DNA of 63,814 bases, filler included, from Globobulimina sp. (lineage: Eukaryota): the NCBI GenBank assembly GCA_003354225.1. It is 19 parts of 19 records of this genome, joined end to end, with 100 filler letters (N's around TTAATTAATTAA, not from the genome) between each part and the next. Parts side by side here need not be neighbours in the genome. Positions count along the whole stretch, not along the records: positions 10,101 to 13,366 come from PIVH01003256.1; positions 13,467 to 16,732 come from PIVH01003257.1; positions 16,833 to 20,098 come from PIVH01003258.1; positions 20,199 to 23,464 come from PIVH01003259.1; 15 more parts are not named here. The stretch is one strand, 5' to 3'. Below, in pieces: positions 11,528-22,235 of this stretch. The notes below the pieces were generated by a model. The model ran no database searches. It was not told where the DNA came from and worked only from the letters and a program-made list of their open reading frames with translations. Position 1 is the stretch's first letter. Each line of letters begins with the position of its first letter. The translations under genes were made by a program, and so were the position numbers.

Positions 11528-12703
11528 CTAAACAATATGCGTTTGTCTGTATGTTCTTGTTAAATCCGGCAATGTCTGACTCTGATAATTATATTTTCGC
11601 GCTGCAATCACACAGATAGTGTCTTGTAAAACATTCTCTATACAATTCTTATCTAAAGCCGCCGTACAAAAAATCTGCAACGGTCCAGTTTCATTGAGAT
11701 TGTACTGACATTCGAAAATTTCCACAAATTTCATAGCCACAAAATTAACCACTTCTTTTTCATCATTTGGATTGATACAATCGGGGAAGTCTGCAAATGC
11801 CACAGTGATTGGTATAGTTGCTATTTTCTCTCTGAATACATCATATTTATTAAAATATATATATTTTGGTTTTGCTTTTGTTTTGGAGATAATTGCTTTA
11901 AATAAATCAATTGCTTCAACCAAACGATTAGTTTTATTATCTTCAAACAATTTTAGATTATAACTAGCCATATCCACTACATATATAACAGCCATATCCA
12001 CTGTCAACAGACTGATCCATTTTCTCCTCCCATATCTACCCCCTCCAACATCTATGAGTTCAATCATGTGTTCACCACCAAAGTCATCATAATTAATACT
12101 AAAACGGAATTGTGACCAGCCGGTTGACCTTGTTCTGATTCTTAAATGATCCTCAAATGATGGAGTGTAGTCATCTGATGCGATCTCATCAATTTTATCG
12201 AGAAAATATGCAACATTATCATGGATCTGATAATAATGTCTTTGTTTTAATGTTTCTTTGATGCCAGCATCATCCCATAATGTTTTGATTTTTGCTGCTA
12301 AATCTTTTGTTAACTCACACGGAGTAAATCGTAGGTGTTCCATTTCCTGACGCATACATTCTAAGTGTTGTTTTACTAACGTATTTGCATTGTGTTTGTG
12401 ATGTAATATCGGGGAGGTATAACATAACAATTTCATATAGTCCACAACTGCCCGTTTTATATAGTCTTTCATAATCATTATCTCGTCATTGTTTTCAAAA
12501 TCATAATCAGATATCTTCTTTATCATTTTTACTATTGTTGTTTTGCCAGTGTCACCACAGCCTAACAATACAATTCTCATTGTTTTTTGACTTTTTTCTT
12601 GGTTCTGTTTCATTATTTCTTGGATTTTACTCATTTCAGCGTCAACTTTATTTCTAGCTTTGGTTGAAAACAATTTATTCTTCAATTTCAATAACGCTGA
12701 CAT
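11528..12703 (-). CDS. Divergent heterotrimeric G-protein alpha subunit
   Basis: G1 LLGCGDTGKTT, helical domain, switch I RTRSTG, G3 DVGG, G4 NKYD and G5 TAALD. Likely start is MSALLK at 12703. Confidence 0.92.
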   Translation of the reverse strand: MSALLKLKNKLFSTKARNKVDAEMSKIQEIMKQNQEKSQKTMRIVLLGCGDTGKTTIVKMIKKISDYDFENNDEIMIMKDYIKRAVVDYMKLLCYTSPILHHKHNANTLVKQHLECMRQEMEHLRFTPCELTKDLAAKIKTLWDDAGIKETLKQRHYYQIHDNVAYFLDKIDEIASDDYTPSFEDHLRIRTRSTGWSQFRFSINYDDFGGEHMIELIDVGGGRYGRRKWISLLTVDMAVIYVVDMASYNLKLFEDNKTNRLVEAIDLFKAIISKTKAKPKYIYFNKYDVFREKIATIPITVAFADFPDCINPNDEKEVVNFVAMKFVEIFECQYNLNETGPLQIFCTAALDKNCIENVLQDTICVIAARKYNYQSQTLPDLTRTYRQTHIV

Positions 12704-12866
12704 GTTGACTTTATCAAAATGCCCCCACTGCCTGTATATACCGAATATGTATCTAGTCGGTATCAAAATAATCTGCTGCAGTTTAAAAACTTTGGCTGTT
12801 TGAAAACTTTGCGCAAAAAATTGGAAAACGTTTTGAACTGAAACACAATACGTAAATCCTATATAT

Positions 12867-13366
12867 TTATTGTGACAATTCAGATATAGTACTAGTCTTA
12901 CTAGACACTGCAGATATGCCACATATCCCTCCATGCCATTCTTCATAATCATCATACGTATACAGTTCCACATTTTGGATCGCTTTCCCCATTTCTTGCA
13001 TATGATTATGATTACCACTCTGCACTCGGCACAACGCAATGCATTGTTTCATATTTAACATCAAGGTATCTCTCATAGTCCACAGTTTATAATCATAAGC
13101 ATCTGACACATAATTTCCTCGTTGTAATTGACCATTTGTAATCTTTTCTATTTGATCGGAATTAATTTCTTCAATCGATTGTATAAACGTTTCTTTATTT
13201 TTCCCCGTATTACAAAATTGATTACATTGTAGAAAACATGTTGAAAATATAACCTTTGGCAATTTAGCTAACACTGAATGTTGATCGTCATTTTTCTTTA
13301 CACTTTTTTTAATTCCTTGAATGATTTGTTCCATCAATTTCTGGATTTGTCTTTCTGTCAACCAGT
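12867..13366 (-). CDS. Hypothetical protein, 5' partial
   Basis: Open frame runs to the contig edge. No motif recognised. Confidence 0.35.
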
Positions 13367-13655
13367 NNNNNNNNNNNNNNNNNNNNNNNNNNNNNNNNNN
13401 NNNNNNNNNNTTAATTAATTAANNNNNNNNNNNNNNNNNNNNNNNNNNNNNNNNNNNNNNNNNNNNATAAGAGATGTTGCTTAAAAATATTAAACAATAA
13501 ATCACACCAATTGCCATGACTGATATGTTCCAAATTGTCCATAATGTGGGTGAGACGCTCATATTTGTGAGGATTATTGTGGAAGAGATCGGGGACAATA
13601 AATATTTTACGAAAATGAAAACCAAACGTTGCTCTGACCATCAACAAAAAAAATA

Positions 13656-15314
13656 TTAAGATGAAGATGGATAAAATAAATAGGATGAGATCAAAGAGGC
13701 AATATCTTTGTATAGAATATGTGTAGATATTATATGATTTGTTGTCATAATATATTCAAACTGCTCAACACATTCCACTGTTTGTTTCATATCACTTTGA
13801 TTTATATTAATATTTTCAATAATATATCCAACCATATATTCAAGATAATAAATGCGACTCACATAATACAACCAAATTATTAATATAAATATATAAAAAA
13901 GTCCAATAATGCGCATCACAGTGAATGCAATATTATCATTCTCCAAATATATATCATAAGAAAAGAGAAAATAACAACAAATAATTATGGCAAACAATAT
14001 GGAGACGAACCGAGATAATGCAATAATTAAAAAGGTTAATCGCTTAATATTAAACATTAAAAATCCGATCATTTCAGTCCGATATGTTTGAGTTCGAACC
14101 GATATCTTTCTTTTTATCCATTTTTTTATCCTGAAAAGCGGTGTTAAATTACCAAAATATTTCAATAAAAATGCATTCCGATATTCTTTGCTGTTTTCTT
14201 GTAAATATAATTTCTGATATTTTAAACATATTTTATCGCATTCAAAGTGTTGGTTCATTTTTTTAGTTAAAATGCATGTCCTTTCCGATACATTTTCACA
14301 TTTATTTTTGTGATGATATTTAATATGATTTATACAATATATTTTATCAAACATTTGAATGGAATTATATGCTCCATCTTTTTCAACAACATTCCACAGT
14401 TCCATGTAAGTATCACTTTGATGGAAATAATAATTTACAAATGCAATGCTGCAAAAAGGCACACTTAAAATAAAATAATTACCAGATAACAATCCAATAA
14501 TTTCATTAATTTGAATTTGAAGGAATGAGTTTGATATTAATGTGCCATTATTTTCATCAACAATTTGTAGCATAAATAAAGAGTAAAAAAATAATGTCCA
14601 CTCGAGGATAATTGTGAGAATAAATAATTTTATTTGATTTCTAATTAACAGCGAAGGCAATGAGTAAATATCACATAGTTTCAAATGATTAACGGGAATC
14701 ATAACAGAAATGATCAGCACATAAAACATAAAAATTAGCATATTTATCCAATAGAAAACATTCAAACTGTTATTTCCATAAAGAATGGCATTTTCATAGT
14801 AAATGGTTTGAATGATAAATTGTGGCAACATATTGACAAAATGATAAGCAATGCAACAGACAAAGAATTCTTTTTTCATTCCATAATTGTTTTGTATAAA
14901 AGTGGAATAATAGTAATAGACGCTACATATTGTGGTTATCAATGGTAATAATGTCGGCAACACAAATAATACAATAATTGTAATGCAGCAATAATAAAAT
15001 ACTACAAATATCAAACTACAAATTGAGCTGTTATCTCGTATCTCGTCTGCAATTATATTCATTATATCATTTTGGAAATATTGTATCAACAGACATGTAA
15101 TGATTAGTTGACATAGACACCATACTATTAAATATAAGGTGACTGACAACGTATATAATGTGTCATTGAATGCTTTATACAAAATAGTTAAGTAAATTGA
15201 GATGCTGAAATGTGTTAAAAATAGTAATCCACTCAATATTGAACCACTTAGTTGCAAACAAATACATGTATTGCTTTGTTTTCTGCATGTTTTAGCTAGT
15301 TGGGTCTTGAACAT
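13656..15314 (-). CDS. Polytopic membrane protein of unknown function
   Basis: 552-aa ORF with many hydrophobic helices. Confidence 0.7.
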   Translation of the reverse strand: MFKTQLAKTCRKQSNTCICLQLSGSILSGLLFLTHFSISIYLTILYKAFNDTLYTLSVTLYLIVWCLCQLIITCLLIQYFQNDIMNIIADEIRDNSSICSLIFVVFYYCCITIIVLFVLPTLLPLITTICSVYYYYSTFIQNNYGMKKEFFVCCIAYHFVNMLPQFIIQTIYYENAILYGNNSLNVFYWINMLIFMFYVLIISVMIPVNHLKLCDIYSLPSLLIRNQIKLFILTIILEWTLFFYSLFMLQIVDENNGTLISNSFLQIQINEIIGLLSGNYFILSVPFCSIAFVNYYFHQSDTYMELWNVVEKDGAYNSIQMFDKIYCINHIKYHHKNKCENVSERTCILTKKMNQHFECDKICLKYQKLYLQENSKEYRNAFLLKYFGNLTPLFRIKKWIKRKISVRTQTYRTEMIGFLMFNIKRLTFLIIALSRFVSILFAIIICCYFLFSYDIYLENDNIAFTVMRIIGLFYIFILIIWLYYVSRIYYLEYMVGYIIENININQSDMKQTVECVEQFEYIMTTNHIISTHILYKDIASLISSYLFYPSSS

Positions 15315-15384
15315 TATCTAAAAACTTCCTGACGACAAAAAAACTTGATTCAGACTGGCTTCTCAACAAAAAAACCTCCTTTTA

Positions 15385-16647
15385 ATGTCACGGTTTACAA
15401 GTAAAATGAAATCGAGTGTATCCACTGAATCACCCAGACTGCAAATTCAATTTAAATATGACAATATACCAAATTTTAAATCTCAGAACCACAATATCCC
15501 ACAACTATTAACACAGATTGGATTAGTTAAAAGTACGAAATTAACCGATACTCTCCAAGGTATGTCATAATGTCAATTGGCTTCAATGTTAATAAGAAAC
15601 TCTACGAACATATGTTGTTTGATTTTGTTCGTGTTCTTATTTCTGATGTTCTATTTTTACATGTTTTGACTGACGTTAATAAATTTAGGGAGCATATACC
15701 GAGCATTCAACACACGAAAAGACAAAAACTCCGTTATCAAAGTGACAAATATCCATTTACATAAAAAATCGACTGCATTAATAAATGGTAAGTTATATAA
15801 ATGCAACGAAGATATATTATTAGAACGATCTATATTAAAATATTTAACACAAGACAAGAATTGCCCTGATACCATTGTTAAATTTGATTCATTCTTTGAA
15901 TCGTTAAGTTTGTATATAAACACCCTTCCTTTAATATGCATGCCGATGCATTACTTACTGTACATATTTAGTGACAATTATTATTTAATGGTAATGGAAG
16001 ATGGTGGCGAATCATTATTTGATTTTATCCACAAATCACACAGCTTGATCGAGAAAGGAAAAGTAGAAATTTCGCATTGGAAAAAACTATGTAAAGTAAT
16101 ATTTAAACAAATGGCTGAATGTATTGATTTCCTGCATAGTAAAAATGTTTGTCATTATGATATTTCTCTTGAAAATTTCTTGATTAATGATGTTAGTATT
16201 TTGATAAAAAAATCTCGGAAAAGAAAGAAAGAAATATTAGAATTTGTTCTTGATTCTGTTCAAATCAAATTATGTGATTTTGGTTTAGCGCAATTATTTA
16301 CAACACGCGATACAAAAAGTAGCAGATTTGTAGGTAAAAGTAACTATATGTCCCCAGAAATTCAGAGCAAAATCAAATTCGATGCCAAGAAAAATGATAT
16401 TTGGGCTCTCGGTGTATGTTTATTTTGTATGCTTACCGGAATATCACCGTTTAAAAAGGCCAACGAATCTGATGAGGTGTTTATGTTTATTATGAAATCT
16501 AAGAAAATGGTGCAGCTGTTGGAAGGTTGGGGTATTTTAAGGTATTTTGATAAGGATTTATTTCGATTAATTGATGCTCTGTTCCAATATGAAGATAATA
16601 GAATTTCTGTAAAAGAAATTCAATCCCATCCTTGGATGGAAACTTAA
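15385..16647 (+). CDS. Ser/Thr protein kinase (CAMK-like); introns 15560-15688 and 15903-15971
   Basis: TLQG|SIY, VIK lysine, catalytic loop CHYDISLENFL, DFG, YMSPE and DIWALG. The second intron is 69 nt, in frame and stop-free. Confidence 0.9.
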
Positions 16648-16832
16648 TATTAAAAAAACAATGTCAAATATTAATGTATTTGTTGCTACATAAGAAATGT
16701 ACAAAAAAGAATATACATCATTGGTTTAAGAANNNNNNNNNNNNNNNNNNNNNNNNNNNNNNNNNNNNNNNNNNNNTTAATTAATTAANNNNNNNNNNNN
16801 NNNNNNNNNNNNNNNNNNNNNNNNNNNNNNNN

Positions 16833-17636
16833 TCACATAAACATGCATGGTTTTGGGGACTTGTATTGACAGATGGATGCATCACGTTCAAGTTCAACAA
16901 CAGTTATAGTATTAGATGGACACAAAAATATGACAGTTTTAAACTCTTGGAGAGTTTACGAGACATTGCTGGCTCCACTGATATGCTTGCATTCACTGAT
17001 AATCGAGGCTATGCATCCTGTCGCCTTGAGCTGCATTCGAAACGATTAGCACAAGCAGCACAGTCATTGATTGGATGTGACCCTGGGAGGAAAACATATG
17101 ATTTAAAGTTTCCAGATAAAGTTCATCAATCTTTTTTTCCATCTTTGATCAGAGGAATACACGACGGTGACGGTTCGTGGGTGTTTAACTGCAAAACACA
17201 TGCACAAATGAACTGTGTTATAGCATCTGCTAATCCTGAATTTCTGGCTGCAATTAAATGTTGTATCAACAAATATGCTTTGGAGACAACTGCTGATCGA
17301 GGAAGCATTAGGTTGCATGCAGGCGCTTGTTACGCTTTGTTTTATTATGCGCAACCAGAGATTAAAGCGATTGGGCAGTGGATGTATCAGGATCATTTGT
17401 TATGCAATGGTTTCATGCATCAAAAACATGACAGATTCCAATTGTTTGAAAAAATATTTACCGATAAATCAATAGCATCTTCTGATCGAACTGCGGAATT
17501 CTTAAAATTCCGACAATACGAGAAAGAGATGCAGAAGGAGACACTGCAAAAATTGATATTAATGAGCAAAAAACAACTTCCGTCACCAAAACATTTTCAT
17601 TTTACATCCGGCTTTCTCAAGTTATTTTGTTCTTGA
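16833..17636 (+). CDS. Double-motif LAGLIDADG endonuclease-like protein, 5' partial
   Basis: Motif 1 AWFWGLVLTDGCI and motif 2 SLIRGIHDGDGSW, with a typical linker GCDPGRKTYDLKFP. Confidence 0.8.
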   Translation, partial: SHKHAWFWGLVLTDGCITFKFNNSYSIRWTQKYDSFKLLESLRDIAGSTDMLAFTDNRGYASCRLELHSKRLAQAAQSLIGCDPGRKTYDLKFPDKVHQSFFPSLIRGIHDGDGSWVFNCKTHAQMNCVIASANPEFLAAIKCCINKYALETTADRGSIRLHAGACYALFYYAQPEIKAIGQWMYQDHLLCNGFMHQKHDRFQLFEKIFTDKSIASSDRTAEFLKFRQYEKEMQKETLQKLILMSKKQLPSPKHFHFTSGFLKLFCS

Positions 17637-17872
17637 AATATAAATCTGTGACTGAAAAGGTTTTTAGTTCGATGGGTAACTTCAATGTCCAAGAAGAGAA
17701 AAAGGAAGAAACTTCTAGATTGAGTTCCAATAGACCTGAACAAGCAGACAAAGTATGTGATGTGTACACTGCGCATCTATTGATTTAATATTACTTATAT
17801 TATATATTACACTGATTTACACAGCATACAAAACATTCAAATGATATCATCGATAATTATAAAGATGATACA

Positions 17873-19858
17873 ATGGACAGTGTATTGAATGAGATGAATA
17901 AATTTATTAACAAGAAATGCAATGAGCATAACAAAAAATCATATCCTGTCAATTATTATAAAATATACAGAAATACATCAATAAGAAAACAACTTATTAC
18001 ATATAAGAATAGATTACAAAACGTATGGAATGGCAAACTACAAAATGAGTCTCTGATTTATTATTTAATCGATGGGAGTACTGCCTCACTGCACAAAAAT
18101 ATATCATTTAAAGGAACCGGAGGAAGTGACATTTACTATTTCTTTACTTTAAACTGTGGCAATATGCAAATTAAAAACATTTTTATCCAACAAAAATATC
18201 CCGATTTTATGATTGATATTATCATCGATTATTTACCTGCTAAAATATGCTTTGCTGTGTTATATTTTTATGAAACGCACGGCAGAGGTTGGGATAAACG
18301 CGACCGTGAATGTGATGATTTTCATACAGAAACACTGATTTTCAAAATTATAAAACTTGACAGCAGCGATAATAGCTCAGCTTTTGAATTAAAAAATCGA
18401 AAATGTATTAATTCATTCAATTGCCAGCAGTTTGAAGTTGGCAACCCCAACGATTTCAATTTTCGTAGATTTAAATGTTATGGAGGTTGGACCGAGAAAC
18501 AGCATTTAAAATTAAACTCTAAAATCGCTGAAATTATGACTGGAGCTCATTGGGCCTCAAAAAAAGCTCTTTATCCCAAAGAATTTGAGGATTGTCGTCA
18601 TTCGATGAAAATATTGAAACAAAAAACGAATGATTTCAGTAAATATTATTGGAAAATTTATGGTAATGCAATCTCTGACTCAGTAAATATTGAAACAGGA
18701 ATATCTGACTCATTTTGGGCAAACATTGTTTTTGATAAAGATGGTGTGGATAATTTAAAATATTTGTATAAAATGGTTGAAATTAACAATCAAGAATTAA
18801 TTGAGATGCTGCAGCGAAATGTTATAAATGTTTTAAATGAAAAAGAGAAAACGTATTTAAATAATGGCGGATGTTTATCATTTGAGGATAATGCAATAAT
18901 TTCAAATCACAGAAAACAAATTGAAGCTATTTTGGCCAAATTAGAGTATAGAAAATATTGCCAATGGATTGAATGTACACAGAATGAATTGAATAATTTA
19001 TTCAGTAAAACAAGAGAAGAATTAAATGACGAATTGCCTGAGATTGATATTGATACAATGCAAAAAATAGAGGCAATCAAGTCTGATTTAAACAATTTGC
19101 AGCAAATAAAAGAAGAAATATTTTCCTATTCCAATGAATTTGGCGCAAATAAACTTTTTAGTTTATCTTTTGCAGAAATATGTGGTGAATATAGCTATGA
19201 TGCTCAGCGTATGCAAATTGTAATAGATTCTCTCGATGAAAAATTTACGAATGATTCAAAAAAATATATCTCATCATATGATGAATTATTTGAATTAACT
19301 TTAAATAAAAGTTATACACTCAAATTATGCAATCGATGGAAAAAAGTAGCATATTTGGAGAGTGTTTATAAGAAATATTTGGAATTCAAAGATACATTGG
19401 ATAATATTGTAAGGAATAAAGATTCCATTAAGTATGAAATTCATTCGTTTAAAATTGGGATTGAAAGATATTGGGAAATGAAGGCAAAACAACATAAAAC
19501 AGTAATAAATGTTGTAGTAAATGACAGAGATAAAAAATCATACAATGGAGATTGGAATTGCCCTCAATGCAATTTCATGAATTTTGCATCACGTAGGAAA
19601 TGTAAAAAATGTTCATTTAAAAAAGGTGGAAACGACAATTCCAAAAACAGACAACGGAGAGGACAAAAAAGAAAAAATATAAATGTTGATAATGGATTTG
19701 CATTTTATGGATCGCTCACTCAAAGTACACAAAATATATCAATATTATTGGAAACTGTGCAGTATGGAACAAAATTGGCATTGAATAATATGGATTGTCT
19801 TTCTTACAAAAAAAAGGAATACCGGGGAAAAGAGGTCTTAAAGGATGAAGCAGACTAA
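17873..19858 (+). CDS. Hypothetical coiled-coil protein with RanBP2-type zinc finger
   Basis: GDWNCPQCNFMNFASRRKCKKC matches the W-x-C-x2-C-x3-N-x6-C-x2-C consensus. Confidence 0.7.
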   Translation: MDSVLNEMNKFINKKCNEHNKKSYPVNYYKIYRNTSIRKQLITYKNRLQNVWNGKLQNESLIYYLIDGSTASLHKNISFKGTGGSDIYYFFTLNCGNMQIKNIFIQQKYPDFMIDIIIDYLPAKICFAVLYFYETHGRGWDKRDRECDDFHTETLIFKIIKLDSSDNSSAFELKNRKCINSFNCQQFEVGNPNDFNFRRFKCYGGWTEKQHLKLNSKIAEIMTGAHWASKKALYPKEFEDCRHSMKILKQKTNDFSKYYWKIYGNAISDSVNIETGISDSFWANIVFDKDGVDNLKYLYKMVEINNQELIEMLQRNVINVLNEKEKTYLNNGGCLSFEDNAIISNHRKQIEAILAKLEYRKYCQWIECTQNELNNLFSKTREELNDELPEIDIDTMQKIEAIKSDLNNLQQIKEEIFSYSNEFGANKLFSLSFAEICGEYSYDAQRMQIVIDSLDEKFTNDSKKYISSYDELFELTLNKSYTLKLCNRWKKVAYLESVYKKYLEFKDTLDNIVRNKDSIKYEIHSFKIGIERYWEMKAKQHKTVINVVVNDRDKKSYNGDWNCPQCNFMNFASRRKCKKCSFKKGGNDNSKNRQRRGQKRKNINVDNGFAFYGSLTQSTQNISILLETVQYGTKLALNNMDCLSYKKKEYRGKEVLKDEAD

Positions 19859-20052
19859 ACCCTAACGTTGCATAAATCTTTGGCCCAAAAACGCTTTCGC
19901 TCGCTCTATATAAGGCCATCAAGAAACGTTATGACGTTTTCAGGACTTCACCGTATAGGTAATACGCTATCACCCCTGAAAACGTCATAACGTCCCTTGA
20001 CAACCTCATCTAAAGCGTTTTGAACTCAAATTTTATGCAACGATAGGGTTAA
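19856..20052. mobile_element. Fold-back MITE-like element with piggyBac-like ends
   Basis: TAAA|CCCTAACGTTGCATAAA ... TTTATGCAACGATAGGG|TTAA, with inner arms ACGTTATGACGTTTTCAGG and CCTGAAAACGTCATAACGT. Confidence 0.75.
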
Positions 20053-20198
20053 TGGTGAAATCGTTTTTCATTCAAATCCGTTACGGTCAGCTTCTATGNN
20101 NNNNNNNNNNNNNNNNNNNNNNNNNNNNNNNNNNNNNNNNNNTTAATTAATTAANNNNNNNNNNNNNNNNNNNNNNNNNNNNNNNNNNNNNNNNNNNN

Positions 20199-20694
20199 TA
20201 TTCTTCATCTTCTCGATTATATCATCAATGCACTCATTATTTAAAGGAATTTTGTCTTTTATTTGTTTTTGTCGATATTCGTGCCAAAATTGCAAAACTA
20301 AAGATGGTCGATGATAAATTGGAGTTGTTTCTAGATCTGCGGTATCATGGTCATATGCAATATATTTTATTATACCATATCCATCAGATTCTAATTGTTT
20401 ATATTCGTTTCTATAACATGTACGACATAAATCATAATCACACTGTCGGCAACAATATGGATTTTCGCATTTTTGTATTTGTTGATTACAAGAATCACAT
20501 ATAAATTTATGTAATGTGTAGCTTGCATATTGAGAACTATTGGTTGCATAAAATGGCATTAAACTGTGACTGTTGGGGCATTTTACTTTGTTAACCCAAT
20601 AATCGTATGGTAGTGTTTTTTTATCATTATTTTCGTCGCTTCCATTTCTGTTTGATTGTGCCATGTTCACTGCAGGAAAACAAATTGTATACAA
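20199..20694 (-). CDS. Cys/His-rich (ZZ/DC1-like) zinc-finger protein, 3' partial
   Basis: CPNSH...ICDSC...YCCRQCDYDLCRTC. Confidence 0.6.
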
Positions 20695-20739
20695 ACATCA
20701 AAGAAAAAGGCAAACACTAGCTGACGTTGATATAAAACA

Positions 20740-20762
20740 ATATATATATATATATATATATA
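20740..20762. repeat. (TA)n microsatellite
   Basis: Run of about 11 TA units. Confidence 0.85.
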
Positions 20763-20915
20763 AAAAACGGACGTATGGAACATAACAAAAACACGAACAA
20801 ATTTGAAAAGCTAGCTTGAAAAAATAAAAAATAAATATCATTATTTATATGCAGATAGATGTTGTTACTGTCGATCACTTCAACCACAAATCGCAAAAAC
20901 ACACAATGCATTAAT

Positions 20916-22040
20916 TCATTTTGCGGCTATTTTAATTTGCGTTGGTTTAGCATCCACATTTTGCGTTGGTTTTGCATCCCTATTTTGTTGATTTTCTAAT
21001 ACAGATTTACAAGATATTTTATTCCGTTCTATATACCCACTTAATTCAGCTTCATCAATTTTTTTACCCATTAACTGTCGGATATTCCCAACAATAACAT
21101 CCAGCGTAGATGCATGAGAACTTATTTCTGTTATGGTTGAATTTGCCTGTTTTTCCTGTTGATATTCAACATATTTATGACCACAACAATGACATGGATA
21201 ACATAGAAAAGTATAAAGATTTGAACCAATGGATAATACACAGAATAAGCAGATGCTATTAATAGTCGCATCCACTGCAATGACAAAGGTAACATTTGGA
21301 TAAAATGGCACGGCCAAAGTAAATAAAAATAGTGTAGATATAACACTGAACGCTGCGACTACACCAAATTTAATTGAGCCGTACAACAATTTTATATCAT
21401 GCGAATACGTTCCTATTCGACCAAATCTTTTGAGAAACACATATAAAGTGATTGTTCCTATTAAAAAATCTTCCAAACCTATCGAAATTGCAGCTGCTTT
21501 CACTTCGAAAGTATGGCTCGCATCGTCAGAAAATAAGGTACATATTTCATAGGTTGATTGATGGAAATACCAGTTGCCGACCAACACGGATGGCACAACA
21601 AAATAGGTCCAGAAGGCAGTGGCAATGAAGAAGTTTATGGTTGTGATGCTTGAAAATAGATATAAATGAGTTTTGGACATTTCATAGGTGGATCCACGAA
21701 ATATGACATAAATTCTATAGATATATAATAAGTGCAGAGAGTATTTACCTAAAAAATAAAATAAAAAATTGCAGGAATATATTGCCGCACAGAGAGTGTG
21801 AGTCAATTTGAATGCGATACTGGTTCGAAGAAATAGCCACATAAAACATGCAAATCCATTCAAAATAAAAACTAAGATACATCCGATAATAAATATTTTT
21901 CCAGTTGAATCTAATTCTCCTGAGATATAGTAACGAATGGTATTAAAAGAGAATGCGATATGGAGCAGTAGTCCCAGTCCACCACATATCATCATTGCTA
22001 ATGTCCATTCTGTTGCAATTATAGGAACAACGTTTGTCAT
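20916..22040 (-). CDS. 7TM GPCR-like protein
   Basis: Seven hydrophobic segments, TM3 Cys and YIYRIY at the TM3 end, TM7 DATINSICL, Cys-rich helix 8 and a polar tail. Confidence 0.75.
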   Translation of the reverse strand: MTNVVPIIATEWTLAMMICGGLGLLLHIAFSFNTIRYYISGELDSTGKIFIIGCILVFILNGFACFMWLFLRTSIAFKLTHTLCAAIYSCNFLFYFLGKYSLHLLYIYRIYVIFRGSTYEMSKTHLYLFSSITTINFFIATAFWTYFVVPSVLVGNWYFHQSTYEICTLFSDDASHTFEVKAAAISIGLEDFLIGTITLYVFLKRFGRIGTYSHDIKLLYGSIKFGVVAAFSVISTLFLFTLAVPFYPNVTFVIAVDATINSICLFCVLSIGSNLYTFLCYPCHCCGHKYVEYQQEKQANSTITEISSHASTLDVIVGNIRQLMGKKIDEAELSGYIERNKISCKSVLENQQNRDAKPTQNVDAKPTQIKIAAK

Positions 22041-22235
22041 TTCACTCAACAAGGTAGCATTCAACGACTACAGTGAATAAAAAAAATGTAGTTTATGTCG
22101 AGTGGAACCAAACAAAAATGCACTATTATTACTCTTACCAGCTCTATTTTGTGCAGCTGCTAGAATCCTTTGGAAGCATGCAATCAAAATTACGCTATTT
22201 CGCATATACGATATAATTTGTCCGCAACTTGTAAA

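Noticed and set aside
12704-13039. 112-aa N-terminal extension of the G-alpha ORF
   Set aside because: It starts at a non-ATG codon, overlaps the neighbouring ORF and reads like non-coding sequence. The ATG at 12703 gives a normal-length protein.
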